Positions 34,914 through 44,237 of a DNA stretch of 51,556 nt are shown piece after piece. Positions within the stretch are counted from its first letter, which is position 1. Each line of letters opens with the position of its first letter. Source of the stretch: Puniceicoccales bacterium (GTDB lineage Bacteria > Verrucomicrobiota > Verrucomicrobiia > Opitutales > LL51). The stretch lies in the NCBI GenBank assembly GCA_031270475.1, contig JAISXO010000023.1, positions 1 through 51,556 on the forward strand, read 5' to 3'. The notes beneath the pieces were generated by a model. It saw only the letters and a program-made list of their open reading frames with translations, did not search any database and was not told the DNA's origin. The translations under genes and the position numbers were made by a program.

Positions 34914-35504
34914 TTAGGAAGAGCAACCCAATTTTACTAACATATTCATGATTGCTTTGCGAAACTCTCCAGAGGCGTTTGTTTCAGCAAGATAATAGCG
35001 GATTTCTTTCAATAAATCTTGTGGATTGGGAAAAGTTTCTAAAATTTCCTTAACTTCTTTCACGGATTGCTTTACAATGGCTTTCCGGATAGACGTTTTC
35101 ACTGAGGCGAAGAAGTCTTCTTCATTGAAGCGTTTTGTCAGGGATTCGCTCGAAAAAACGGTCCTTGCATCGAAGAAGTTTTTTTCCCAGGTAAGAGTTT
35201 CTCCATTGGGATACATCGTCTCAACAATAGTTTTTTGAGGTAAATTTGGAGTTTTGCTTGGAATTTTTTTAAATTCCATGTATCGGATTCCTGTCGTGGG
35301 ATCCATCTTATAGTTAGCTCCCGTTTGAGGATTTGTATGAAAATTCATTACAGGCAGTCTCCGGATGATGTTACCCGTAGCCGATGACACTTCCAAAGAG
35401 GGCTTTTGTTCCACTTTTCTCTTGGGATTCGCCTCTAAAAGCGTATCTCCAAGCATAACGCTACAAACCAAAATATAACTGAAATGATCTATTTTTTTCA
35501 ACAT
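34914..35504 (-). CDS. Hypothetical secreted protein
   Basis: 196 aa with a hydrophobic N-terminus (FSYILVCSVMLGDTLLEA). No family recognised. Confidence 0.45.
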   Translation of the reverse strand: MLKKIDHFSYILVCSVMLGDTLLEANPKRKVEQKPSLEVSSATGNIIRRLPVMNFHTNPQTGANYKMDPTTGIRYMEFKKIPSKTPNLPQKTIVETMYPNGETLTWEKNFFDARTVFSSESLTKRFNEEDFFASVKTSIRKAIVKQSVKEVKEILETFPNPQDLLKEIRYYLAETNASGEFRKAIMNMLVKLGCSS

Positions 35505-35624
35505 ATAAAATCCTATTTCGATTTGAAGAGAATGAATTTTTAGTAACTATCAATAATTATTATCGAAAAAATAGTGGCTTCTGCAAGGGACCTATTTTTT
35601 ATGACCAAGTTTGTTTAAAAAAAG

Positions 35625-35653
35625 TTGACGTTATGCCACTAAGACAATTTAAT
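35625..35653 (+). promoter_or_regulatory. Putative ppdK promoter (TTGACG, 17-nt spacer, TTTAAT); the -10 ends 6 nt before the ATG
   Basis: aaaaaaagTTGACGttatgccactaagacaaTTTAATtgacccATG. The geometry implies a leaderless or nearly leaderless mRNA. Confidence 0.45.
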
Positions 35654-35659
35654 TGACCC

Positions 35660-38359
35660 ATGTCCAGTCAAAGCAAAATATATGAATTTGGTCGGAAAAC
35701 GGATGGCGATGCGGCAATGCGTCCTTTACTCGGCGGTAAGGGGGCGAATTTAGCCGAAATGGCACGTATTGGATTACCGGTTCCTCCAGGATTTACGATT
35801 ACGACGGAAGTTTGCGCCGAATTTAAGACAAATGGCGAAAGGTTGCCCGTCTACCTCTTCGATCAGGTCAAAGCGGCGATCAAGAATGTCGAAGCTCAGC
35901 AGGGAAAAACATTTGGCGATCTTGAAGATCCGCTATTATTTTCCGTACGTTCTGGAGCGCGCGAATCGATGCCCGGTATGATGGATACGATTCTCAATCT
36001 CGGACTTAACGATCAAAGTGTTCAAGGCTTTGCAAAACATACGAATAATCCGCGCTTTGCCTACGATTGTTATCGCCGATTTATCCAGATGTACGGCGAT
36101 GTGGTCATGGGTGTCCAGGCTACTGATGACCATGAGGAGGAGCCCTTCGATGCCGTATTGGGAGAACTCAAGCGGGAGGTCGGCGCTCAAAACGATGTGG
36201 ATCTGACTGCGGAGCAACTCCAGGAATTAATCCGACGCTACAAGGATTTGATCAAAAAATTCGTCGGAACAGAATTCCCTCAAGATGTCTATGTCCAGCT
36301 AAAAGGCGCGATCGGCGCTGTTTTCAAGTCCTGGAATAACGAGCGAGCGGTTATCTATCGCCAGAAATATAATATTCCGTCGGAATGGGGAACGGCGGTA
36401 AATGTGCAATCGATGGTATTCGGAAACATGGGTAATAATTGTGCGACCGGTGTCGCTTTTACGCGTAATCCCGCCAATGGTATACACGAATTTTATGGCG
36501 AATATCTGATTAATGCCCAGGGTGAAGACGTCGTCGCCGGCATTCGTACGCCCCAACCCATCGCTGCCCTCAAAAATGATATGCCCAAAGTTTTTGATCA
36601 ATTGGTATCCGTCTGCAAAACATTGGAGGATCATTTCCGCGATATGCAGGATTTTGAATTCACCATTGAACAGGATAAGCTCTACATGTTACAGACGCGT
36701 AACGGAAAACGGACAGGACTAGCGGCGGTACGCATTGCGGTAGAGATGGTCGACGAAAAGCGCATTTCCCGGGAAGAAGCGGTTAAGCGTATTCCCGCGG
36801 ACTCAATTTCTTCTCTACTTGTCCCCGTATTCGATGAGAAGGAGAAAAAGAATTTGAAAAAATTAGCCATCGGATTACCGGCGGGACCAGGCGCAGCCTG
36901 CGGAAAGGTATATTTTTCTGCGAAAAAAGCGGAAGAAATCCATGCCAAAGGCGAAAAAGTCATCCTCTGCCGCATCGAGACTTCACCGGAAGATATCCGC
37001 GGCATGTTGACTTCGGAGGGCATCCTGACGAGCCGCGGCGGTGTCAGTTCCCATGCGGCGTTGGTAGCGAGACAAATGGGTAAAGTTTGCGTCTGCGGAG
37101 CAGGAGCGCTACACATCGACTACGCAACAAAAACTATTCAGGTCGATGGAACAACCATAAAAGAGGGGGATTACCTTTCCATCGATGGGACAACGGGAGA
37201 AGTTTTTTCCGGAAAAGTAGCAACCGTTCCCTCCGAAGTCAACCGCGTACTAGCCGGTGATATGAAGGAGGAAAATAGCGATACGTATCGCCTATTTGCT
37301 ACGGTAATGGAGTGGGCTGATGGATTTCGTAAACTCGGTATCCGTACCAATGCGGATACTCCAAAACAAGCCAAACAGGCCTTTCAATTGGGAGCTGAAG
37401 GAATTGGTTTATGCCGTACGGAACATATGTTCTTCGAAGAAGATCGCATCGATTTCATGCGCGAAATGATTCTCGCGACGACAACGGAAAATCGTATCGA
37501 CGCTTTGGACCATTTGAAGCCGCTCCAACGCGGGGATTTTGAAGGACTTTTCCGCGAAATGAAGGGATTCCCTGTCACTATCCGCCTGCTAGATCCACCA
37601 TTACATGAATTTCTTCCAAACTCGGACGATGCCTTGGATGCTTTATCTAAAAAATTTAATATTCCTGTGGAACATATAAAAGCGCGCGTACAAGCACTGC
37701 ATGAACAAAATCCGATGCTCGGCCACCGCGGTTGTCGGTTGGGAATGACTTATCCGGAGATTACAACTATGCAGGCGACAGCGATTTTTGAAGCCGTTGC
37801 TCAAGTCGTTTCGGAGGGAATCGACGTTAAAGTTGAAGTAATGGTACCACTCGTTGGATTCGAAGGGGAATTGGAAAATCAGGTCGCGTTGATCCGAAAA
37901 GCTGCCAGTGAGGCAATGGAAATAACTGGTAAAAATTTTAGTTACGCGGTGGGAACGATGTTGGAACTCCCAAGGGCAGCCTTGGTTGCAGACAAAATCG
38001 CAGAAACAGCGGAGTTTTTTAGCTTCGGAACAAATGATCTAACACAGACAACGCTCGGTATGAGCCGGGACGATTCGGGATCATTTTTGCCGGAATATAT
38101 CGCCCAAGAAGTTGTTAAACGCAATCCGTTTGCATCCATCGATGTGGAAGGCGTTGGGCAACTTATGAAAATTGGCGTCGATAAGGCGCGTACGACAAAA
38201 CTCGGTGTGAAAATTGGAATTTGCGGAGAACATGGCGGCGATCCCGATTCCATAAAGTTTTGTCACAAACTAAATTTGAATTATGTGAGTTGTGCGCCCA
38301 ATCGCATTCCCATTGCCAAAATCGCCGCCGCTCAAGCCGCGTTGGAGAAAAATAACTAG
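35660..38359 (+). CDS. ppdK: Pyruvate, phosphate dikinase
   Basis: 899 aa: [10 protein letters not shown], the phospho-His region [27 protein letters not shown] and the C-terminal PEP-utilising domain [11 protein letters not shown]. Confidence 0.95.
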   Translation: MSSQSKIYEFGRKTDGDAAMRPLLGGKGANLAEMARIGLPVPPGFTITTEVCAEFKTNGERLPVYLFDQVKAAIKNVEAQQGKTFGDLEDPLLFSVRSGARESMPGMMDTILNLGLNDQSVQGFAKHTNNPRFAYDCYRRFIQMYGDVVMGVQATDDHEEEPFDAVLGELKREVGAQNDVDLTAEQLQELIRRYKDLIKKFVGTEFPQDVYVQLKGAIGAVFKSWNNERAVIYRQKYNIPSEWGTAVNVQSMVFGNMGNNCATGVAFTRNPANGIHEFYGEYLINAQGEDVVAGIRTPQPIAALKNDMPKVFDQLVSVCKTLEDHFRDMQDFEFTIEQDKLYMLQTRNGKRTGLAAVRIAVEMVDEKRISREEAVKRIPADSISSLLVPVFDEKEKKNLKKLAIGLPAGPGAACGKVYFSAKKAEEIHAKGEKVILCRIETSPEDIRGMLTSEGILTSRGGVSSHAALVARQMGKVCVCGAGALHIDYATKTIQVDGTTIKEGDYLSIDGTTGEVFSGKVATVPSEVNRVLAGDMKEENSDTYRLFATVMEWADGFRKLGIRTNADTPKQAKQAFQLGAEGIGLCRTEHMFFEEDRIDFMREMILATTTENRIDALDHLKPLQRGDFEGLFREMKGFPVTIRLLDPPLHEFLPNSDDALDALSKKFNIPVEHIKARVQALHEQNPMLGHRGCRLGMTYPEITTMQATAIFEAVAQVVSEGIDVKVEVMVPLVGFEGELENQVALIRKAASEAMEITGKNFSYAVGTMLELPRAALVADKIAETAEFFSFGTNDLTQTTLGMSRDDSGSFLPEYIAQEVVKRNPFASIDVEGVGQLMKIGVDKARTTKLGVKIGICGEHGGDPDSIKFCHKLNLNYVSCAPNRIPIAKIAAAQAALEKNN

Positions 38360-38445
38360 GGGTTGTCGCTCCCTTAGAATCCTCCGCCAGGAGAGCCCTC
38401 TCCTGGATCGAATCTTTTTCCTCCGCGGCGAAGCCGCGGGGGCTG
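38357..38445. repeat. GC-rich hairpin mosaic repeat, copy G (short composite)
   Basis: CCCTTAGAATCCTCCGCCAGGAGAGCCCTCTCCTGGATCG plus CCGCGGC-gaa-GCCGCGG. It starts at the ppdK stop codon and lies between convergent genes. Confidence 0.8.
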
Positions 38446-38491
38446 ATTCATTTCCACAGCAAAGCCCCACAAAATGCCTTGATACTGCAAA

Positions 38492-39244
38492 TCATAGAGG
38501 ACAATTGCTATGAATAAATTCGAAGGGAATGGAAAATTTTTGAGCGATTTCTTTTCCGAGGGCATCGACGCCGAAGGTCTCCGTCATGTAATGGCCACAA
38601 ACGTAGGCATTGATGCCATTTTCCCGAACAATATTATAATGATATTGCTGACATTCTCCTACGATAACTGCACCGGCGCCATAATTTTTAGCTTGAATGA
38701 TCAAATCGCCGCTACCACCGGAAATAATACCGATTATTTCGATTCTTTTCGGCCCAAATTCCATTGAAACGACATGGGGAAAGTTAGTTTCCAGGAACAT
38801 TTTTAGTCGATGACGATCGATCGATCGACTGCCTATGACGCCAATTTTTTCGCCATGGTATTCGAAGGCTGGCGCCCAACTTGTCAGGTCGAGCAGCTTT
38901 GCCAAACACGCATTATTTCCGATTTCAGGGTGTGCATCCAAGGGTAAATGGCAGGAATAAACCGCAATATCGTGGTCTATGAGTAACTTATATTTTTTAT
39001 AAGTATTTTCTGTGATTGGTACCGTTTTTCCCCAGAAGAGGCCATGGTGGACGACTAGTAGATTGGCCCCAATGGCAGCAGCTTTTTCAATGGTTTCCAA
39101 GGAAGCGTCTACGGCCATCGCTATTTTCGAAATCTTTCCACTATTCTGAAACTGAAGCCCATTGTAGGCTTTTTCGGCATCTGTAATAGCATAAACATTT
39201 AGGCGTTCGTTGCAATATTTTACAATTTGGACAAGCAGTAGCAT
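38492..39244 (-). CDS. NIF3-family dinuclear metal centre protein (YbgI-like)
   Basis: ...AEKAYNGLQFQNSGKISKIAMAVDASLETIEKAAAIGANLLVVHHGLFW...HLPLDAHPEIGNN...GHYMTETFG. The Met at 39244 gives a ~250-aa protein. The track's 308-aa form would overlap the divergent ABC-F gene. Confidence 0.8.
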   Translation of the reverse strand: MLLLVQIVKYCNERLNVYAITDAEKAYNGLQFQNSGKISKIAMAVDASLETIEKAAAIGANLLVVHHGLFWGKTVPITENTYKKYKLLIDHDIAVYSCHLPLDAHPEIGNNACLAKLLDLTSWAPAFEYHGEKIGVIGSRSIDRHRLKMFLETNFPHVVSMEFGPKRIEIIGIISGGSGDLIIQAKNYGAGAVIVGECQQYHYNIVRENGINAYVCGHYMTETFGVDALGKEIAQKFSIPFEFIHSNCPL

Positions 39245-39333
39245 AGCAGAAAGTACAGGAAAAATAACAAAACATACAACAAAATTCAAATAATTCTTGA
39301 ATAAAATTTTTGCGATCGAATAGTAAGTTCGCC

Positions 39334-41166
39334 GTGATAGAGGTCCAGAATTTGAGTTATTCGATTGGGGGGCGAGTTTTACTCGACGATCTTTCTTTTT
39401 ACATCCCGACCAACACAACCGTCGGCATCGTAGGGGCTAACGGTTGCGGAAAGAGCACGCTCTTTCGGCTGATTTTGGGTGATTTAACCTCGGATCAAGG
39501 GACGATCGTACGTCCAAATGGAGCGAAAGTCGTAACCGTTCGTCAGGAAGTTAGTGACGATTCCGCAAGATTAATCGATTTCGTCTTGCAGGCCGATGAC
39601 GATCTAACGACTTTGCGCCGCGCTTCCGAGGAGGAAAACGATGGGATGAAATTGGCGGAAATTTTTGAAAAAATCGAGGCAATCGACGGATTTAATGCCG
39701 AAATTCGTGCCGCAACCATCCTTTCCGGACTAGGATTTTTAAATGAAGATTTACAAAAGCCGCTGCGTGATTTTTCGGGTGGTTGGCAAATTCGTGCTGC
39801 CCTTGCCTCAACCCTATTTGCGCCATCTGACATTCTATTGCTGGACGAACCGAGTAATCATCTCGATTTTGAGACATCGCTCTGGCTGAAAAATTATTTA
39901 CAGAAAATTCATGAACAGAAAACGATTCTCATGATCAGCCATGAACGCGATTTTTTAAATACGTTGTGCGACAAAATTCTCCATCTTCCCTCGGGCAATT
40001 TGTATTCGGGGAACTACGACATTTTCGTTGAGACGCGGGCCAATCAGCAGCAGGCGCTTGCTCGGCGGATCGAAAAACAAGAGGTGACGCGCAAACATTT
40101 ACAATCTTTTGTCGATCGCTTTCGCTATAAGGCTTCGAAGGCGAAACAGGCACAGAGTCGAATAAAGATGCTCGAAAGGATGGAAAATTTGCCGAAACTG
40201 GACCGCGATCATACGGTTAGTTTTTCATTTCCTAATCCGAGGCCGATCGATCGTCTGTTAATTAATGTTAAAAAAGGTGTGGCGGGTTACGGCGAACACG
40301 TCGTTTTGAAGGATCTTAATCTCAAAATTGATGCGGGCGATCGCATCGCTCTATTGGGGGCAAATGGTAATGGAAAATCGACCTTGGTAAAGGTTCTTTC
40401 GGATCGATTGGCGCTTTTTGAGGGGAGTATTGAATTTGCTAAAAAGTTGCAAACTGCCTATTTTTCGCAGCAACTGACGGATGAATTAACGGTTGAGAAG
40501 ACGCCATTTGAGATTCTATCGGCGATTTTGACCGATCGCAACGAAACGCAGGTACGGGCACAATTGGCGCGATTTGGGCTCATGCAGCAGAAGTCTGACA
40601 CGCGGGTAAAAAATCTTTCTGGGGGCGAAAAAACAAGACTGCTATTGGCTATTATTACCCGTCAGGCACCGCATATTTTGATTCTCGATGAACCCACGAA
40701 TCACCTCGATATCGATGCGAAAGACGCGCTCATCGATGCGCTCAACGAATACGAGGGGGCTGTCGTCCTTGTTTCGCACGATTTTTACTTTATCGAGTCG
40801 GTTTGCGACCAGCTTTTACTGGTAAAAGATGGTCATTGTCAGCCTTTTTCAGGAGATTTGGAAGATTATGTCGAAGCGGTTCTCGCCGAAAAACGGGAGA
40901 TGAAAAAATCGGAAAATGCAGTAAAAAATATGGAAAGAAATCACTTGTCATTGCAGGACGAAAAAAAGAAGAAGCAGCTTTTGAAGCAGCTCGAAGAATT
41001 AGGGCGACAAATTGAAGAACTAAGCCAGAAAAAACAGCAACTGGAAGTTAAAATAAATTTATCCTACGATGAAAATATTTTCAGAAATTTCACATCTGTT
41101 GCGCAAGAATTGGCACAGAAGGAGCTGGAATGGTTACAATTATCGGAAATGCTGGAGGCGATGTGA
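39334..41166 (+). CDS. ABC-F family ATPase (Uup/YheS-like, tandem ABC domains plus a C-terminal coiled coil)
   Basis: Two Walker A motifs (GANGCGKST, GANGNGKST), two signature motifs (FSGGWQIR, LSGGEKTR) and an inter-domain linker with RFRYKASKAKQAQSRIK. The likely GTG start at 39334 gives VIEVQNLSYSIGG. The track TTG start is at 39310. Confidence 0.88.
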   Translation: MIEVQNLSYSIGGRVLLDDLSFYIPTNTTVGIVGANGCGKSTLFRLILGDLTSDQGTIVRPNGAKVVTVRQEVSDDSARLIDFVLQADDDLTTLRRASEEENDGMKLAEIFEKIEAIDGFNAEIRAATILSGLGFLNEDLQKPLRDFSGGWQIRAALASTLFAPSDILLLDEPSNHLDFETSLWLKNYLQKIHEQKTILMISHERDFLNTLCDKILHLPSGNLYSGNYDIFVETRANQQQALARRIEKQEVTRKHLQSFVDRFRYKASKAKQAQSRIKMLERMENLPKLDRDHTVSFSFPNPRPIDRLLINVKKGVAGYGEHVVLKDLNLKIDAGDRIALLGANGNGKSTLVKVLSDRLALFEGSIEFAKKLQTAYFSQQLTDELTVEKTPFEILSAILTDRNETQVRAQLARFGLMQQKSDTRVKNLSGGEKTRLLLAIITRQAPHILILDEPTNHLDIDAKDALIDALNEYEGAVVLVSHDFYFIESVCDQLLLVKDGHCQPFSGDLEDYVEAVLAEKREMKKSENAVKNMERNHLSLQDEKKKKQLLKQLEELGRQIEELSQKKQQLEVKINLSYDENIFRNFTSVAQELAQKELEWLQLSEMLEAM

Positions 41167-41182
41167 ATTATTTTAAAATTAC

Positions 41183-41262
41183 TTGACAGCTGTCGATTTC
41201 TTTTCAAAGCTGGAGAGTAGAGGGTGGGAACGAGCGACACGTAAAAAATCTCAACCCAGCGT
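41183..41262 (+). repeat. TTGACA-headed conserved module, copy 2
   Basis: TTGACAGCTGTCGATTTCTTTTCAAAGCTGGAGAGTAGAGGGTGGGAACGAGCGACACGTAAAAAATCTCAACCCAGC. Confidence 0.6.
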
Positions 41263-41392
41263 AAATGCCTTACTTTTACTTTTTACGTTTTTATGCTTTG
41301 TTGCTTTGTTTAAACATAGAAAAATTATCGCAATTTCATAAATTCTAAAAAATATTTTTGAAAAATGTTTTCTGAAAACGTTTAAAAAAAAC

Positions 41393-41460
41393 TTGACAAA
41401 CCTAATTTTTCTTCCAAGGCTGGAGAATAGAGGATAGGAGCAAAGGGTGCGTTTAAATTG
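41393..41460 (+). repeat. TTGACA-headed conserved module, copy 3 (more diverged)
   Basis: TTGACAAACCTAATTTTTCTTCCAAGGCTGGAGAATAGAGGATAGGAGCAAAGGGTGCG. Confidence 0.5.
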
Positions 41461-42541
41461 AAATGCTAGGACGAGTTTTTCTTTTTTGTAGAAATTTTTC
41501 AACAATATTAGCAATTTGCTCGGCGGCATTTGGTATAAATGCCTTCTCGAGATAACGATGCATCATTAATAAAATAGTTGGATTGGAAATCATTTCAATG
41601 GCTCGATTGGCTAAAACATCCAAATTGTCTTGCTCAATGACAATCGCCGTTCCTTGCTGCTCCGCTCGCCTTCCATTGGCAAGCTGATGGATATAGGCAT
41701 CGCCTCCATGGGGAACGAGGATCATCGGCTTTTTACAAAACTGACACTCCGCAATAGTACCGGCTCCCGCACGTGCAATGACGAGATCACATGCCCGTAA
41801 CATAGCATTCATATTTTCACAAAAAGGTAACATGTGAAGCGTACAATCCTCAAAATTGATGCTCCGCTCCTCCTTAAGTTCGGTCCCAGCAATGCAGTAG
41901 AGATCAATGTTATGATGCGCAAAACGCATAAAATTTTGCTGGGCCCATCGATTGAGCGCCGTCGCTCCCGCACTACCACCAATGATGAGGATGATTCTTT
42001 TCGATGGCGGCCAACCGAGCTGTGCGCGCGCATTAGCCTTCGATTTCTCTACGAATTCTTTACGAATCGGAAACCCAACTCGTTCGATCTTTTTTCGCCG
42101 GTACCCTACTGAAACATAGTCAGGAAGAAGGATTTTGTTGGCAAATTGAGCGGCCAAACGAAACGCTTTCCCAGGGATGACATTGGGTTCGTAAAGAATA
42201 GAGGGAATTTTTTTGATTTTTGCAGCTAGTACGAAAACGAAGGAAGTAAATCCGCCAAAGGAAATAATGAGGTCAATTTTATGTTTTTTTAAAAATTTCA
42301 AGGCGAAATGGAGAGACGAAACTTGTGAAGTTATGCACTTGAAAAAGGCAATTGGGGAGAATCTTAAGGGTTTGGCATTCGTTTTGACAAATGAAAATTG
42401 AGTGTATTTTTTTGAAAAAATCTCATCAACTTTCCGGTTGCTGGTGATAAAAATGCATCGATGTTCGGTCAAGCGTTCTGCGATTGCGATTGCGGGAGCC
42501 ATATGTCCTCCCGATCCTCCGCTAACCAAGAGAATATTCAT
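41453..42541 (-). CDS. murG: Undecaprenyldiphospho-muramoylpentapeptide beta-N-acetylglucosaminyltransferase
   Basis: MNILLVSGGSGGHMAPAIAIAERL, ...IIGGSAGATALN..., ARAGAGTIAE. Confidence 0.9.
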   Translation of the reverse strand: MNILLVSGGSGGHMAPAIAIAERLTEHRCIFITSNRKVDEIFSKKYTQFSFVKTNAKPLRFSPIAFFKCITSQVSSLHFALKFLKKHKIDLIISFGGFTSFVFVLAAKIKKIPSILYEPNVIPGKAFRLAAQFANKILLPDYVSVGYRRKKIERVGFPIRKEFVEKSKANARAQLGWPPSKRIILIIGGSAGATALNRWAQQNFMRFAHHNIDLYCIAGTELKEERSINFEDCTLHMLPFCENMNAMLRACDLVIARAGAGTIAECQFCKKPMILVPHGGDAYIHQLANGRRAEQQGTAIVIEQDNLDVLANRAIEMISNPTILLMMHRYLEKAFIPNAAEQIANIVEKFLQKRKTRPSISI

Positions 42542-42636
42542 GGGATGAAAACATGAAAAAAATTTCTTTTTGCAACTTTATTTATATTTTTATATCTATT
42601 TCGATCTATCAAAAAATCGAGTTATAGCCTTTTTTT

Positions 42637-42665
42637 GAGCTTGGAAGAAAAATTAGATCTGTCAA
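42637..42665 (-). repeat. TTGACA-headed module, copy 4 (5' part only; about 95 nt upstream of murG)
   Basis: The reverse complement TTGACAGATCTAATTTTTCTTCCAAGCTC matches the first 25 nt of copy 3. Confidence 0.45.
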
Positions 42666-42686
42666 GTGATTTTTTTAAATAATAAT

Positions 42687-44180
42687 TTAGTAAGATTTCG
42701 CCCAGACAGCTTTTTGTTGGGTTAGTCGGCCCGTAAATATGCAGGTTCCCAATGGATTTTCGTCTGTTTTATTCGATAAAATACAGCGAATCGTCACACT
42801 AAATTTTTCCTTCATCGCCTCTTCGATCATCCGATCTCCTGCGAAAAATGTCACCGCATACCCTCCCTGTCCTTCAAAAAATTCCACAAATTCCTTTTCT
42901 GAAGTTATTTGTTGCGTATTTTGTTTGCGAAAGGTATGCGCCCGCTCAAACATTATGCGTTGAATCTGCGTCAGCTCCTGTCCCAGATTTTGAATAAATT
43001 CATCGACCGATAGGGTATATCTTTCCATAGTACAGCGGCGGAGAATGGAAACAGAATTTTTCTCCCAGTCGCGGGGACCTATTTCTATGATCAGAGGCAC
43101 ACCTTTTTTGATCCATTCCCATTTCTTTACACCACCATTGAGGTATTCGCGTCCGTCGATGTGGACTCCTACGGGACGATCGTCATAATAAACTTTTTCG
43201 ACCTGCGCTTTAATTTGTGCACAGTATTCTTGGACGGCACTTTTATCTTTTTCGTGATGGATAATAGGTAAAATGACGACGTGCTGTGAAGCTAAACGTG
43301 GCGGCAAAATTAAACCATCGTCATCGGAATGGGTCATAATCAATCCACCGATAAGCCGCGTCGAAGCCCCCCAGGACGATGTCCACGCATATTGATTTTC
43401 ACCATTACGCCCTACAAATTGAATATTAGAAGATTTTGCGAAATTTTGTCCCAGGAAATGCGATGTTCCGGCCTGTAACGACTTTCGATCTTGCATCATT
43501 GCCTCGATACACAGTGTTTTTACGGCACCGGGAAAGCGCTCCATTTCCGTTTTTTCGCCACAAAGAACTGGCATTGCCATGTAATTCTCAGCAAATTCGC
43601 GATAACACTCGAGCATCTTTTCCGCTTCTTCTAGCGCTTCCGCACTTGTTTCATGGACCGTATGGCCTTCCTGCCACAAGAATTCCGAGGTTCGCAAAAA
43701 TAGGCGCGTCCGCATTTCCCAGCGCACGACGTTTGCCCATTGGTTGATGAGAATAGGTAAATCGCGGTAAGAATGAACCCAGCGGGCAAAGGATTCGCCG
43801 ATAATCGTTTCCGAAGTGGGACGGACGATCAATGGTTCTTCTAAGGGCGAAGCAGGGATCAATTTGCCCTGGTCATTTGCTTGCAATCGCGTATGTGTTA
43901 CAATGGCACATTCTTTTGCGAATCCCTCAACGTGTGTCGCCTCGCTTTCTAAGTATCTTAGAGGAATGAATAGGGGGAAATAAGCATTCTGGTGGCCCGT
44001 TTTTTTGAACATGCCGTCTAAAATGCGTTGCATATTTTCCCAAATCGCGTATCCCCAAGGCTTGATGACCATACATCCGCGAACATCGCTATTCTCGGCC
44101 AAATCCGCCTCCTTGATCACCTGCTGATACCATTCGGGAAAATTTTCTAAACGCGACGGCGTTATGCCAGATTTTTTCAT
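42687..44180 (-). CDS. proS: Proline--tRNA ligase (archaeal/eukaryote-like type, no INS editing domain)
   Basis: FPEWYQQVIKEADLAENSDVRGCMVIKPWGYAIWENMQ..., RPTSETI, ...NQWANVVRWE.RTRLFLRTSEFLWQEGHT..., and a C-terminal ending ...AVWAKSY. Confidence 0.92.
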   Translation of the reverse strand: MKKSGITPSRLENFPEWYQQVIKEADLAENSDVRGCMVIKPWGYAIWENMQRILDGMFKKTGHQNAYFPLFIPLRYLESEATHVEGFAKECAIVTHTRLQANDQGKLIPASPLEEPLIVRPTSETIIGESFARWVHSYRDLPILINQWANVVRWEMRTRLFLRTSEFLWQEGHTVHETSAEALEEAEKMLECYREFAENYMAMPVLCGEKTEMERFPGAVKTLCIEAMMQDRKSLQAGTSHFLGQNFAKSSNIQFVGRNGENQYAWTSSWGASTRLIGGLIMTHSDDDGLILPPRLASQHVVILPIIHHEKDKSAVQEYCAQIKAQVEKVYYDDRPVGVHIDGREYLNGGVKKWEWIKKGVPLIIEIGPRDWEKNSVSILRRCTMERYTLSVDEFIQNLGQELTQIQRIMFERAHTFRKQNTQQITSEKEFVEFFEGQGGYAVTFFAGDRMIEEAMKEKFSVTIRCILSNKTDENPLGTCIFTGRLTQQKAVWAKSY

Positions 44181-44237
44181 CTTTTTTTCCTTCTCTATTA
44201 ATCGTTGCTAGCGTTGCAATACTTTTTTACGATCGCT

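Noticed and set aside
35769-38266. Numerous 60-144-aa ORFs inside or antisense to ppdK (and similar ones inside priA, murC/B, malQ, rpsA, valS, proS, pheS, comEC and the helicase gene)
   Set aside because: They are nested in strongly supported long genes and have no independent motifs.
39245-39418. 58-aa N-terminal extension of the NIF3-family ORF
   Set aside because: It would overlap the divergent ABC-F gene start, and it has no counterpart in ~250-aa NIF3 proteins. The Met at 39244 aligns with the usual NIF3 N-terminus.
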